Positions 48,428-59,744 are shown, counted from the first letter of the stretch. The stretch is 64,000 nucleotides of DNA from a virus (IMGVR_UViG_3300025358_000002:1-64000); one strand, 5' to 3'. Notes: generated by a model from the letters alone, not told the origin. Translations and numbers: made by a program.

Positions 48428-49071
48428 CACTCTTTGATGGTAACAGATCCATCACGTTTGAAGTATGGCTTCAGAGTTTCTCTACTGCCACTACCAATGA
48501 ATTTGCTTCTACGCAAGTACGCTCAGGCGTTTGCTGGATGCCAATTCGTCGTGCAGAAATGTCCGTCTCATTCTCTATTGTGTGGCCACTTGTCAGTTTT
48601 AGAAAAAGCAAGGACTTGGGATTTGAAAATTTCGATCCTAAAGACGGATTTGGGAAGATGCAGTACTTCCAGGATGTTATCCGCAAGCATCAGTTAGCAC
48701 TTGTAAACGGCGGGACCAACACACCCATGGTTCTGAATTACTACAACAACAGTGATCCCGGCTCGCCCATCTACAACACGCTGATTAGCAAAGACCCTCT
48801 ACCTGCTTTGCAATACACAGGCTGGATTCAGAATGTAGAAAAGAACTATATTAGATTCCAGAGCGCTTATCAAACAAGTTACAACATGGTTGTTATAAAC
48901 AAGAACCAATCAAATCCAGCACTACCGTCATTCCAGAATTCAACATCTAACACTGTATTGTCCAGAACATATGCACCCACTGCTGCTACTCAGAACTTGT
49001 ACGGTAAGAATTGGATCAACGTGAATACAGTGGCAAGTGGCACTAGCTTAATTCAAGGACTTCCCAAATAA
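48406..49071 (+). CDS. baseplate protein
   Basis: Position in the tail module. Confidence 0.55.
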   Translation: MAGNATVTLFDGNRSITFEVWLQSFSTATTNEFASTQVRSGVCWMPIRRAEMSVSFSIVWPLVSFRKSKDLGFENFDPKDGFGKMQYFQDVIRKHQLALVNGGTNTPMVLNYYNNSDPGSPIYNTLISKDPLPALQYTGWIQNVEKNYIRFQSAYQTSYNMVVINKNQSNPALPSFQNSTSNTVLSRTYAPTAATQNLYGKNWINVNTVASGTSLIQGLPK

Positions 49072-51848
49072 TGAGTTGGAATAAATCAGGTACATTCACG
49101 TACACACCAGATATTAGCTGCTCTATCAGCACGATCAACAACGGTGTTATTGACGTATCTGCTGATATCACAAACTTCCAGGTCACAAGAAACATGAATG
49201 CCACAAGCTCATTCACAATGACGCTTGCCAACCCTAGACGTAAGTACAACCGCGTAATCAATACGATGGACAAAATTACGGTGTTTCTTAAAAGAACAAA
49301 TTTTGTTCAAGTTTTTACGGGGTATGTGACGCTGGCACCGATCGAGACGTTGGTGCCAACACCGGTAACAGTAAACGCTTACTGTACGTTGAGAAATTTG
49401 CAGCAGACGTTCTGGGATGACACGCTTCTGCAGTTTCAATCTTTGTTGCTTAACTACATGGACAGCTCTGCATCCAGCAGCAACGCTACCTTGAATGATG
49501 GTGGTATTGCTCAGGTCATTGTCAACCTACTTACCAAGGTAGCTGGATGGGATCCAAGCAGAATCCACATCGCTCCAGTACCACAGAAGTTCCTTGATAT
49601 CGCCGGTTCAATTGCAAAGAACCAAGACCTTTACAATTCTACGCTTAACCAAGCAGCGGTAGAAAACATCGCAACCATTCTTGGTGTCAACAATATTACC
49701 AGTGGCAAAAGCGTATCCAAAGGCAAGTATACATACGGCAAAGTACAAACCATTAACGACACGTCTGCGCCGGACGGTGGTGTAGGTACAGCGTTCTCAA
49801 TCTCTCGTTTTGTTGCCCTAAAGACTGCTGGTCTTAACGGAGGTAAAAAGTACTTCCCAGGTAAGAACAGTTTGAATGCAGTCGACTATAGCTCTATAAA
49901 AGACGACACTTACTACTGCTCTCTACCGTTCAGTTACATAACCAACACAAGCGTTAGCGGTGTAAACGCAGCAAAGCAATGGGTTTCTTATAACCCATAT
50001 AACCCTAATGGTATGGACTACAACGGACGTTTGCTTATTGCTTCCAACGATAAGACCAACCAGGTAGTTGTACTGAGAGCCACAAGTGTCACGCAGAAAA
50101 CAGATGCAAACAGCAACCTTATTTATCAGAACGGTTCAACTGTTGCTGATCCCAATGTTAACTACGGCCAGGTACACCCTGGCGTTGTAGCTTATCTTAA
50201 TGGTGCTGTAAGCGATCCAACACTATGGACCGAGAAAATTCCTGTCGATTTCTCATACGTAAAGGTTGCATGGGCTGACGAATCACAGGTTTCTGTTCCA
50301 GGGCCACAGCCAACAATTGCCCAGTCGTCCTCCAACAACATCGATTCATATCTTGGCATCAACACTCAATCCGCCACCACGTCTACTGTTCTTACCAGCG
50401 CAGCGAAAGCATTGCTTACATACTTAGACCAACAGATTGGTGCTATGTACAGCCAGGCTACAAGCGGGCCTGAGTACAGAGAAACCCCCAACAACCCATA
50501 CACTCACTCCGGTGGTTGGTTCGACTGTTCTGGACTTGTGCAATGGGCATACAGACAAATTGGCATTAACATCGGCGCCAACACTTTTGCACAGTGGGGT
50601 GCTGGTAATAACTCGGATGCCAATGAGAACGGTTTGTTTATCCCTAAAAGTCAGATGCCACAAGTTGGAGACTTGCTTTTCTGGGATGTGCCAGGGGACT
50701 ATAAGCCAGGAGTAAACGGTCCACAACCTGCACACGTTATGTGCTTAACGCAGGATTTTGATCCTAAAACTGGTGTAGGCCAAGTAATCTCAGCTTCAGA
50801 TTATGGTAGGCCAGTAGCTTATGGCTCAATTGTTTGGAGTCAGATCAAGAATGGCGGTGCTCCTCCCGGCTGGGGCATGTCATACATGGGTGCACGTAGA
50901 CCACTATCCAAGATCTCTGGTATTGCAGGTTCGATAACACGACCCATCTCTGTGCCCAGTACTTCTGCATACTCCAACTACACAGGATCAGGTGCTTCAA
51001 ACTTTGCCACATCCAGCGGTTCAACGTCTGACAACGCCACCATTCTTACGGACATTCAAGGATGGAACACCACGTGGATTGCACCCAACTATAACATCAC
51101 CGCAACCACACTTCAGGGAACGCCCCAAGCATTTTCGCTTGACAATCCGTTGCTACAGGACCTTGACCAGGTAATTTCTGCTGGTCTTAGATCGTATATG
51201 AGCGCGCCAAACGGCGACTTCATTGCTTGGTTCCCTGATTACTACGGTGTTTACGGTCAAGACCCTGCACTTGAAATCTCTGATATTGAAATTATTGACT
51301 TCCAGATCTATCACAATGATGACGCATTAGCAACTCACATTGCCGTGATCGGTGACACTACTGGTATTGGTAGCTCTATCAACATGGTCGACTTCATGAC
51401 CACTCAGGGCATTGTGAGTATTCAAGACGCCACCACTATGCAATTGTTGTTCGGCACGCTCAAGAACAATGCATCTACCGACGAACAAAATGCTCAGATT
51501 GCCATCAAGTTCTTGAATAGATATGGCGTTAGACCACAAGTCTCCCAGCAGAATATGCTGCACAGTCATGCATTAGAGTACTTCTTTGCTTTGCAAACGT
51601 TCATGGCTCAATGGGGAGCACAGTTCGTTAGCAACGTAACGTTCACTTTTATGCCTGAGCTGTACCCAGGAATGAGAATCGTTATCAACTTGGACAACGA
51701 AAATGGTGGCCAGGATCAATACCAGTTCTATTGCACACAGGTTACACACAATGGTGACCGTGTGGCTGGATTTACTACGCAAGCAACGCTGACTGCACCC
51801 ATGAAGAACGGCGTAGTGATGCACTACGGTTTGGATTTTGTGTCATGA
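49071..51848 (+). CDS. baseplate hub with inserted NlpC/P60 peptidoglycan hydrolase domain
   Basis: Hub-like N- and C-parts (FTGYV, FMPELYPGMRI, VTH); FDCSGLVQWAY..VGDLLFW..HV. Confidence 0.8.
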   Translation: MSWNKSGTFTYTPDISCSISTINNGVIDVSADITNFQVTRNMNATSSFTMTLANPRRKYNRVINTMDKITVFLKRTNFVQVFTGYVTLAPIETLVPTPVTVNAYCTLRNLQQTFWDDTLLQFQSLLLNYMDSSASSSNATLNDGGIAQVIVNLLTKVAGWDPSRIHIAPVPQKFLDIAGSIAKNQDLYNSTLNQAAVENIATILGVNNITSGKSVSKGKYTYGKVQTINDTSAPDGGVGTAFSISRFVALKTAGLNGGKKYFPGKNSLNAVDYSSIKDDTYYCSLPFSYITNTSVSGVNAAKQWVSYNPYNPNGMDYNGRLLIASNDKTNQVVVLRATSVTQKTDANSNLIYQNGSTVADPNVNYGQVHPGVVAYLNGAVSDPTLWTEKIPVDFSYVKVAWADESQVSVPGPQPTIAQSSSNNIDSYLGINTQSATTSTVLTSAAKALLTYLDQQIGAMYSQATSGPEYRETPNNPYTHSGGWFDCSGLVQWAYRQIGINIGANTFAQWGAGNNSDANENGLFIPKSQMPQVGDLLFWDVPGDYKPGVNGPQPAHVMCLTQDFDPKTGVGQVISASDYGRPVAYGSIVWSQIKNGGAPPGWGMSYMGARRPLSKISGIAGSITRPISVPSTSAYSNYTGSGASNFATSSGSTSDNATILTDIQGWNTTWIAPNYNITATTLQGTPQAFSLDNPLLQDLDQVISAGLRSYMSAPNGDFIAWFPDYYGVYGQDPALEISDIEIIDFQIYHNDDALATHIAVIGDTTGIGSSINMVDFMTTQGIVSIQDATTMQLLFGTLKNNASTDEQNAQIAIKFLNRYGVRPQVSQQNMLHSHALEYFFALQTFMAQWGAQFVSNVTFTFMPELYPGMRIVINLDNENGGQDQYQFYCTQVTHNGDRVAGFTTQATLTAPMKNGVVMHYGLDFVS

Positions 51849-52630
51849 GTGTAATTAGCAAGAAGGTAGATACTAACGATGGTGTACGCAAGGTTGTTTT
51901 AACAACTTACCCTGAGCTGCACCCACTCAGCCAGGCCCCGAACGCTGCTCAAAACTACTACTGCTTGGCATTTGACATGAAGGGTTTTCAGTATCAGGTT
52001 GATCTGCAGGCTATGCCACCAGGAGTTACGATTGATCAGCTGGCTCCCAACCAGGTGTGGTGGGTGGAAAAGCGCACTTCTTTATATCGCTTGTATCTAT
52101 ACGCTGGCCTCCAAGATCCTTCAACATTACAGATTGACAGTACCGCTTCACTGCCAGCACTCCAAAACATAACTACGTACAGTGGCACATATGTAAACCC
52201 CATACTTACTTCTGCTTATGAAACCGTGGCGTTCAATCCAGGGGTTTCGCTAAGTGGTATTGTTAACCCAGTAATTATGAACACCGCCAGCGGTTCATTC
52301 TATTACTACCCAACTGCACCTACTGGTCAGTACAGCATTGCAATAACTGGTATGCCTACCATGCAGGGTCAAAGCGCAACATTTGCTTTGCTCGTTGCCA
52401 ATGGGCCTGCTGCTTATCTCCCTTCCTCTATAGTTATTAACGGAGTTCCAGCATCTTCGGGAGGGCTACCGGCCCAGGGATCTACATACAACAACATCAC
52501 TACGTACTATCAGGGTGGTTATGTTTGGACATCTGCTGACCCGAACACGGTGGATTCATACACGTTTACCGTGATCTGCACATCATCTAAGCCCACCTAT
52601 GCGGTCTTTGCGGGCCTGACTAAGTTCTAA
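51845..52630 (+). CDS. baseplate (spike-position) protein carrying a copy of the fibre C-terminal domain
   Basis: Between hub and gp25-like gene; C-terminus homologous to 32118-34751. Confidence 0.6.
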   Translation: MSVISKKVDTNDGVRKVVLTTYPELHPLSQAPNAAQNYYCLAFDMKGFQYQVDLQAMPPGVTIDQLAPNQVWWVEKRTSLYRLYLYAGLQDPSTLQIDSTASLPALQNITTYSGTYVNPILTSAYETVAFNPGVSLSGIVNPVIMNTASGSFYYYPTAPTGQYSIAITGMPTMQGQSATFALLVANGPAAYLPSSIVINGVPASSGGLPAQGSTYNNITTYYQGGYVWTSADPNTVDSYTFTVICTSSKPTYAVFAGLTKF

Positions 52631-52668
52631 CAGCAATGTACTATAACCCTTATTTTACATAAGATATT

Positions 52669-53130
52669 ATGAAGACGATCACAGTTAGCAACGGCGATAT
52701 TCAATTAAACAGCGGAAAACTGCAGTTTTCCTATGGTTCAAATAAACTAGCACAAGACATTGCTTTGTGGCTTGAAGAACCTTTGGGGACGGGGTGGACT
52801 ACACCTAATTTTGGTAGCCTTCTTCCTGGCATGATCGGTCAATCTCAGACTAGCGGAACACCCGCAAGCATTGAAACTGAGATAATTAGAGTGTTACAGT
52901 TGTACCAGGGCAATCAAATCTTGGCACTACAAAATGCGCAAAATTCTGCTCAACTATCGATCTGGAATAGAAACGAGATTATACAAAACATTGTTTCTGT
53001 CAACGCAACGGTCTCAAACAACAACGGGACACAGATTAATGCCACCATTGTCATTCAAACACTTGCTGGCAACCTTGTTAACTTAATCGCTTCTATCAAT
53101 AACAACGGAGTCACGGTCCAAAATGGCTGA
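52669..53130 (+). CDS. baseplate wedge subunit (gp25-like)
   Basis: KLAQDI..WL.EPLG...PNFGSLL..MIG. Confidence 0.7.
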   Translation: MKTITVSNGDIQLNSGKLQFSYGSNKLAQDIALWLEEPLGTGWTTPNFGSLLPGMIGQSQTSGTPASIETEIIRVLQLYQGNQILALQNAQNSAQLSIWNRNEIIQNIVSVNATVSNNNGTQINATIVIQTLAGNLVNLIASINNNGVTVQNG

Positions 53131-55648
53131 TACAACAGGAATTCTAGCTAGATTACAAGCAGCTCTCACCACGTACGACCCTTCATGGGACGTAAGCGTA
53201 GGCAGCCCTACCTACAAGATCTTTGAATCAGTTGCTCAGGAAATCGCAAACGCTAACAACAACTCTACGCTGCAGACTTACAGCTACAATATTAACACAA
53301 AATCCGGTAGTGACCTTGACACGTTTGTCAATTTGTTTGGTATCTATCGTCAGCTCGGTAAGAGATCTGTTGGAACCGTATCGTTTATTTCAAATACGCC
53401 AGCCATCAGTATCATCAATATTCCATTGGGAACTCAGGTAGCTGTACCAGTTGGCCCAAGGTACACAACGCCAATTTACTTCACCACTACTGCGCCTGCT
53501 ATTATCCCAATTGGCGGCACACAAACAAACGTGCCAGTCATTGGAACCCTGCCCGGTGTGTTCGGCAACGTTCCTGCTAATACCATTACGGCAATGGTAA
53601 CCACTCTTAACGGAGTCACGTCAATTGCCAATGTTAACCCCACTACTGGTGGTACTGATCCTGAAAGCGACGCCCAGCTTCGATCAAGATGGCAGGCTAC
53701 CGCATTCAACAACACTACCGGCACCAACGGTAAGTACATTGTTACTGCTTTGCAGAACCCAAACGTCAACCTTGCCAACGCTGTAAGCTCACAGTCTTTC
53801 TATGACGAACAGTTGTCAATTCAAGCAACGGTTAGTGGCGGCTCTAGCAACGTAACATTCCAGATGATTGCATACAGTGGCATGACTAACGTAGTAAGTG
53901 GCACTGTATACAGCGGAACCAATATCGTTACATATAGCGGCTTCACTTCATCAACAACTGGCACTGCACTTGCTTCTGGCCTTCAGGCAATGGTCAGTGG
54001 TGTTGCACCTAATTACGGTATTAACGTAACGGCAACACCTTCAGGAAACACAATCAACCAGGGTCTTAATATCCAATTCGGTGGACCTAGCCCATACCGC
54101 TTGACAATTGGTAGTGGCAACACGCTTAGTGCAAGTGGCGTAACAGGTGTTACTGGTGCAGTTACCATTAGTGGCACAACGTACACGGAATACGTACGTA
54201 GTGGCAACCCCGACATCGGTGCTCCAGGAACTTTGTCCTACAACCCAACATATAGCGGCTACCTATATCCACAGGGGAACGAGCTTGTAGGAACTAGCTT
54301 AAACTCAGCAAGTCAAACTGTATACGTTCCTAACTCTGACTACTACTACAACAGCGGTGGTACGTACACAGTAAGTGGTACCTTCTCGCCACAGCTGTTC
54401 TTGTCAATTGCTAACCCCACAAACAGCGGGACAATGTTTATTGGCAACACGGTTGAAGTGATCTCGGAATATAACCCTGCCTCCAATCGTTCATTGACAA
54501 TTACTAGCGGTAACTACGTAGACGTATTTATCGATGGTACAACAGCTGGCATTGCTACCGAACAAGTTGTGTTTAACCCATCCTTTACGTTGTCTTCGGG
54601 CAATAGCATCAGGTACTTGAACTCAGGGAACTACGTACTTGGTAGCGGTGGCAGCGCAGGCACTCACACAACAACCGATACTCAGGGTGACTACTACATC
54701 CCACTTGATCGTCAGCCACTTATCAACTTCCCATCGCAGCTCAGTGCAGCTTCTAGCGGAATTGCTGACACTTTTTTCCTTTACAATCCTATCAACAACA
54801 CTGGGGCAACTTACCCAATTTGTTTGAATCCATACAATTTTATTACGTTTACTGGAACCGTAACGGCGTCCCAATATACGTATATAAATGTTTACGGTGT
54901 AACAGTTACTGGATCCACCGTATCGGGTATTAACTTCGTTTCTGTTCCAAACGCAAACACGTTCCTGGCACCCGGGTTGGCGTTGGCACAAGATGGTAGT
55001 GGTATCCTCGGTGCTGGTACGTGGATTTCAAGTGTGTCGAGCAGCGGTATTTACTTGAGCTCATCGGTATCAAACAGCGGAACAACAACCTTTAGTGGTA
55101 AGTCCGTTGCTTATCCAATTTACGATAACACCAATCAAGCGAACAGTGTTCACTCGATGACAGGTATTGTTCTGGACGCATCCACACCGCCTTCAGGATG
55201 GCCATCTCAGCCATCTACTCCATCATGGGTACAGTACACACACAACTACAACAATGACGTTGTAGACGTAGAAGCACTTGTTCAGCAGAGCAGACCATTT
55301 GGTACCAACACCATGGTTCACCAGGCCGTCTTTCAGCGATTGAGTGTAAGCGTAAGAATCGTATTCTCCAGTGGGTACAGTCTGCCAATTGTTCAGTCGA
55401 GCATCTTGAACCAACTTCAGAACTATTTCAATGGCAGCGGGTATCTTTCTATCATCTCGTTTGCTCAGATTCAAACCCAGATCATGAACGTAGCTGGTGT
55501 ATCAAACGCACGTGTTACAAGTGTAAGCACAACGGCTCTGGATGGCACGGTTCTCAGTACATACACATCAGACTTCCTGCTTCCAAGCAACCAGTTACCA
55601 TTGATCAGCAACATTAATTACACAATTGTTGGAGCAAGCACCTTCTAA
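53123..55648 (+). CDS. baseplate J-like wedge protein with large SG-rich insertion
   Basis: DLDTFV..FGIYR, GNVPANTI, GGTDPESDAQLRSR, VAGVSNARV. Confidence 0.85.
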   Translation: MADTTGILARLQAALTTYDPSWDVSVGSPTYKIFESVAQEIANANNNSTLQTYSYNINTKSGSDLDTFVNLFGIYRQLGKRSVGTVSFISNTPAISIINIPLGTQVAVPVGPRYTTPIYFTTTAPAIIPIGGTQTNVPVIGTLPGVFGNVPANTITAMVTTLNGVTSIANVNPTTGGTDPESDAQLRSRWQATAFNNTTGTNGKYIVTALQNPNVNLANAVSSQSFYDEQLSIQATVSGGSSNVTFQMIAYSGMTNVVSGTVYSGTNIVTYSGFTSSTTGTALASGLQAMVSGVAPNYGINVTATPSGNTINQGLNIQFGGPSPYRLTIGSGNTLSASGVTGVTGAVTISGTTYTEYVRSGNPDIGAPGTLSYNPTYSGYLYPQGNELVGTSLNSASQTVYVPNSDYYYNSGGTYTVSGTFSPQLFLSIANPTNSGTMFIGNTVEVISEYNPASNRSLTITSGNYVDVFIDGTTAGIATEQVVFNPSFTLSSGNSIRYLNSGNYVLGSGGSAGTHTTTDTQGDYYIPLDRQPLINFPSQLSAASSGIADTFFLYNPINNTGATYPICLNPYNFITFTGTVTASQYTYINVYGVTVTGSTVSGINFVSVPNANTFLAPGLALAQDGSGILGAGTWISSVSSSGIYLSSSVSNSGTTTFSGKSVAYPIYDNTNQANSVHSMTGIVLDASTPPSGWPSQPSTPSWVQYTHNYNNDVVDVEALVQQSRPFGTNTMVHQAVFQRLSVSVRIVFSSGYSLPIVQSSILNQLQNYFNGSGYLSIISFAQIQTQIMNVAGVSNARVTSVSTTALDGTVLSTYTSDFLLPSNQLPLISNINYTIVGASTF

Positions 55649-56610
55649 TGCCGGGCAACGTCTTCCCAATATCTCCTCACTCTACCTTAGCCAAGAAGGT
55701 AGAGAACTTCCCTGAGCAGATTTACAACTTTAATGAGGGCGACAATCTCACAAACCTTATGACCATTTTGCTTGGCAACAGTGGAACTGGTCAGCTCAGA
55801 AATATTCAGACCGTAGCACGCCTTGGGCAAGAAATCATTGAGTTCAGTAACCTGGACAACATCCTCGGTCAAATCTACCAAATCAATAGAATTTCATCTG
55901 AGATCTATAGCTTCGCTACTAACCCGTTCATTGACCAGCTTCTTAATGCGCAATGGGAAGAAGTGCAACGTAAGGACGCTCTTTACCGCGAACGTTTGCT
56001 GGGAGCAGCGGAAGCATTTCAGATCGGTGCCAACCTATGGGGTATCCTCACCTTGTGCGAAGCTATCACTGGTATCAAGTTCTATGCGCTTGAAAGCTGG
56101 AGAACTCCTGGGTATGGCAGAGCAGGACTCAACGCAGGTCAAGAAATTGTTCTTATCCCCTTGGTTGACGGGAACGTATTCAAGTGGGATCAGAGCAAGG
56201 CTCAGGGAATTCTTTCTGCAATACAAAAGATTGTCCCCAACAACTACATCATTAGTTTTGGCAATCCATATCTGACAATGACGCAAGTGCCGCTAAGCAG
56301 CGTTACCGTTTCTGGCGGCAATCCAGTGGGTTATTCTGAATACTTTTATTTGCAGCCAACAGTAACGGCAACGAACATTTATACGCCAGCAAACATTACG
56401 CCAGGTGCTGGTACTAGATACTGGCTCACAAGAAATCAGCAAAGTGTTGCTCCATACTTTGCTCACTTACAGACTGAAGAAATCATCATTGACCTAACGG
56501 GCAACATTGTAAACGTTTCTAGCACAGATACAAATGGAAACGGTGCCCCAAGTAATAGCGTTGCCATCCCTACAGTACAAGTTACATCTACCCTTTATGG
56601 TGCACAATAA
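55648..56610 (+). CDS. baseplate wedge protein (gpI-like)
   Basis: FPEQIY, LDNILG, D..YRERL; follows J. Confidence 0.6.
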   Translation: MPGNVFPISPHSTLAKKVENFPEQIYNFNEGDNLTNLMTILLGNSGTGQLRNIQTVARLGQEIIEFSNLDNILGQIYQINRISSEIYSFATNPFIDQLLNAQWEEVQRKDALYRERLLGAAEAFQIGANLWGILTLCEAITGIKFYALESWRTPGYGRAGLNAGQEIVLIPLVDGNVFKWDQSKAQGILSAIQKIVPNNYIISFGNPYLTMTQVPLSSVTVSGGNPVGYSEYFYLQPTVTATNIYTPANITPGAGTRYWLTRNQQSVAPYFAHLQTEEIIIDLTGNIVNVSSTDTNGNGAPSNSVAIPTVQVTSTLYGAQ

Positions 56611-59600
56611 TGTCGATCATCCCAAGTAATACTGACCCGTTACAGGAATATGTAAGCGGTGGTGCGACTCCACCATTAACAATTAACGGGCTTGTATATA
56701 ACAAGATCTATGCACAAACAGGTGTGCTTGACACCATCAAGACCAACCAACGCACTGGGTATACAGATCCCAACATCAGCATTGTTAACGGGTCCAACAA
56801 CCTCACTATCTTTGACCAATTTGTTGAAAACACGTGGATCTCTAGCCAGCAATTCGGTGGACCCAACAGCCCTCCTGTTATCCTGACATACAATTTCAGT
56901 ACCAACACCTACTTTAACATTGTCAAACTGTATGCGCTTAATGTTCCATGCTTTGTTGAACTAGGTTGGATTGACACCAACAACAATTGGAACGCTCTTC
57001 CTGGTTCCTCCACGTTTGTTAACGCCGGTGGCTCTGATATCTACACCACTACTGACTGGTTGCCCCTTACATACAACGCACCGTCTACACAGTACACACC
57101 CAATTTAGCAATCCGGATCACACGCAACCAAGCGGTTCAAGGTATTAGCAATGGTATCCCTGTAGACCTTGCATACTCGGTGGGCCTTACATCCGTCAGT
57201 GTCCGTTTGCAAGTGCTGCAAGAATCTGATGTACCTTCTGCGGTTATCAACGGAACAAACTCCGTCAATACGCAGAACCGTTTTGGTTTCTTAGAGAACT
57301 ACACGTTTGTCAACGATCCTATAGCCAACATTTATGGCAATGACACTGCATTCTGGAAGTGTGCACCACAACCAACTGGCGACTCCATTGTTTATTTTTA
57401 CGCTCAGGTAAGTGACCCTACGCCAACAACGATCAACCGTCTATACATTGACCCAATGTACAGCGGATGTAAGTTCAACATCTACTGGACTACTCAGTCC
57501 ACTGCAGGTGGAACTGTTGACCCAGGTCAGTTCACATGGACACCAATTCAGAGAGACTTTAATCTGCGTAAAGGGCTCTATGATTTGCCAAACGTTACGT
57601 GTACGTACTTGAAGTTTGAGTTCACACAGCTTATACCAGAAGCATATGACCTGCCTGTTGACGTCATCACAAAAACTGTCAACGTGTTTCCTTCAGATGT
57701 TGAAGAATATTACAGTCAAATTGAAAGCAACATTATCGATGGAAACTCTGTTCAGTACAGTTTCCTTGGCAACAACAACAACCCACAAACTTCAACTACC
57801 ACAAACCTGAATGCTTCTACGCTGTTTGGCCTGTCTTCAAATACTATCAACAATGACATCTCTTGGCCAAACCTAGGTTCACTTAATTCTTCACAGCTTG
57901 GTAATACCACTACGACTGCTCTTACAACCAACTCCTACATTACTGACCCTACTTTTAGTTACAAAACCATTGACAACAATGGTAATTACAATAACGTTGC
58001 ATACAACCAGTTCTTGCAGCGTCGTTTCCCGTGGACAACCGTACACAACTACACTCAGATTACTATTGATCAGAGCTGGCACGAAGCCTACTTCACGGGT
58101 ATCCAGTATCTTACAGCGTTTTACGAACAACAGTTTGACGATATCCGCAGCAACCCAACCAATCTGATCGCAAGTAACGGCACCACCAACGGTTTTATTT
58201 CTCAGAATGTTAACTACGTGGGTCTTAACCCCGATGACACTGCCACAACAAAATGGTACTCAACTCTTGATACATTCACCAGTTTTAATATCGGTGCTCT
58301 TACTAGTGACTGGAGCAGTTTCTTAACAGATTCGCAAGTTCTTATGAACGATTCATCGGTTCTGCTTAGCCAGTACAGAGATAATTGTTCCGCCAGCGGT
58401 ATTGGCAACTTTGGAACCAGCACCATTGTTGCTGTTTCAGGTCTTGCCAGCAACAACTCTTATAGCATTCGTTCAGCAGCGTACCCAACATCGAGTAACG
58501 AAATTGCGTATACAGATGCAAACTTTATCACGATCAACAATTGGTCAGGTTTGAGCGGCACCACCGTAGCAACACAAAAAGTGTCTTGGATTTCTGGCAC
58601 TACAAGTGGTACCGCTAGCGGGTTGTCTGTTAGTGCTGGTGCATACACAGCTGTATACAACTTCACTATTCCAGGTGTAGCGGCAAGCGGTACTACGCCA
58701 TGGCTTCTTGATTTTGGTGCTCCAGCAGAGGGTGTTACTGGTTATGGTGTCTATAACCCAACGAACCAATCTTTAAGCTATTACTTCTACACAGGGGTAC
58801 AAGTATCCGGCAATAGCTCTGGCATCTCACAGGTAAGCGGAACGCTTAGTGCCTACACACAGTTCGTGAATTCATCCAATGCTCCTGTTAGCGGTACGGT
58901 CGTACCAGGATCTACGGTTACATTCGCATCCGGTAGCGGTAGCAACCTTGGCTACTTGACATCAACGAACTATACCAGCAGCATTCCAACAAACACAATC
59001 CAGCTCGTTATCAGTGGCTTTGGTAGCCCGTACAACTTGTACCAACTTGGTGCTTTCCCATCACCAACAACTACATGGACATCTCCACAAGACCGAAACA
59101 ACATGCGTGTAAGTGGTGTTGCCAGAATGTTCTTACCCTTTACTGATAAGGGTACATACAGAATTAGTTTATTTGCAAGCAACGGTGCAACGCAGACAGA
59201 GCTTGCGTTCAAGCAGTTCTCATCTGGGCAGATCCCTCTCAATACGTGGTTTGAAGTACAACTGGAATCTTTTACGGGTAAAAACTACTCCAATTTCTAC
59301 GTACAAATTACCCAGGTAAACCAGTTTGTTGACGAAGTATTTTACGTAAGTATGCTGTCACCCTTCTACCACCCAGTACGTTTTGAGTACAGCACTATTA
59401 GCGGAGCTGCAACCAACTACCAGGTAATCACTGGTCCTATTAATGATCCTACATATTTTGTGAGCACCACATCAGGTATTCCAGCCAGTGGTATTCAGCT
59501 GAGGATGACCGCTCTTGACCCAAACGTTTTCATTTCTGGAGTGAGTGTTGTTCCTTATTACAAGAGTAGTCCTTACTATGCAGAACTGGATATTGATTAC

Positions 59601-59744
59601 GTTGGCAACAGTAAAACCAACGAGGTCAGTTCACGTAGAGCTGTAGCGAACAAACCGTTCTTTCAGAATACTACTGAGGTTTATCCTCTCCGTTTCAATG
59701 TAGATACTGTAGTAGGACCTACGACAAATTACGTTTCAGCTTGA
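56610..59744 (+). CDS. large baseplate / tail structural protein
   Basis: 1044 aa beta-rich, end of the tail module. Confidence 0.7.
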   Translation: MSIIPSNTDPLQEYVSGGATPPLTINGLVYNKIYAQTGVLDTIKTNQRTGYTDPNISIVNGSNNLTIFDQFVENTWISSQQFGGPNSPPVILTYNFSTNTYFNIVKLYALNVPCFVELGWIDTNNNWNALPGSSTFVNAGGSDIYTTTDWLPLTYNAPSTQYTPNLAIRITRNQAVQGISNGIPVDLAYSVGLTSVSVRLQVLQESDVPSAVINGTNSVNTQNRFGFLENYTFVNDPIANIYGNDTAFWKCAPQPTGDSIVYFYAQVSDPTPTTINRLYIDPMYSGCKFNIYWTTQSTAGGTVDPGQFTWTPIQRDFNLRKGLYDLPNVTCTYLKFEFTQLIPEAYDLPVDVITKTVNVFPSDVEEYYSQIESNIIDGNSVQYSFLGNNNNPQTSTTTNLNASTLFGLSSNTINNDISWPNLGSLNSSQLGNTTTTALTTNSYITDPTFSYKTIDNNGNYNNVAYNQFLQRRFPWTTVHNYTQITIDQSWHEAYFTGIQYLTAFYEQQFDDIRSNPTNLIASNGTTNGFISQNVNYVGLNPDDTATTKWYSTLDTFTSFNIGALTSDWSSFLTDSQVLMNDSSVLLSQYRDNCSASGIGNFGTSTIVAVSGLASNNSYSIRSAAYPTSSNEIAYTDANFITINNWSGLSGTTVATQKVSWISGTTSGTASGLSVSAGAYTAVYNFTIPGVAASGTTPWLLDFGAPAEGVTGYGVYNPTNQSLSYYFYTGVQVSGNSSGISQVSGTLSAYTQFVNSSNAPVSGTVVPGSTVTFASGSGSNLGYLTSTNYTSSIPTNTIQLVISGFGSPYNLYQLGAFPSPTTTWTSPQDRNNMRVSGVARMFLPFTDKGTYRISLFASNGATQTELAFKQFSSGQIPLNTWFEVQLESFTGKNYSNFYVQITQVNQFVDEVFYVSMLSPFYHPVRFEYSTISGAATNYQVITGPINDPTYFVSTTSGIPASGIQLRMTALDPNVFISGVSVVPYYKSSPYYAELDIDYVGNSKTNEVSSRRAVANKPFFQNTTEVYPLRFNVDTVVGPTTNYVSA

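Noticed and set aside
34640-52630. Duplicated C-terminal region as a DGR template/variable repeat pair
   Set aside because: Mismatches are not adenine-specific, both copies are coding, and there is no reverse transcriptase in the window
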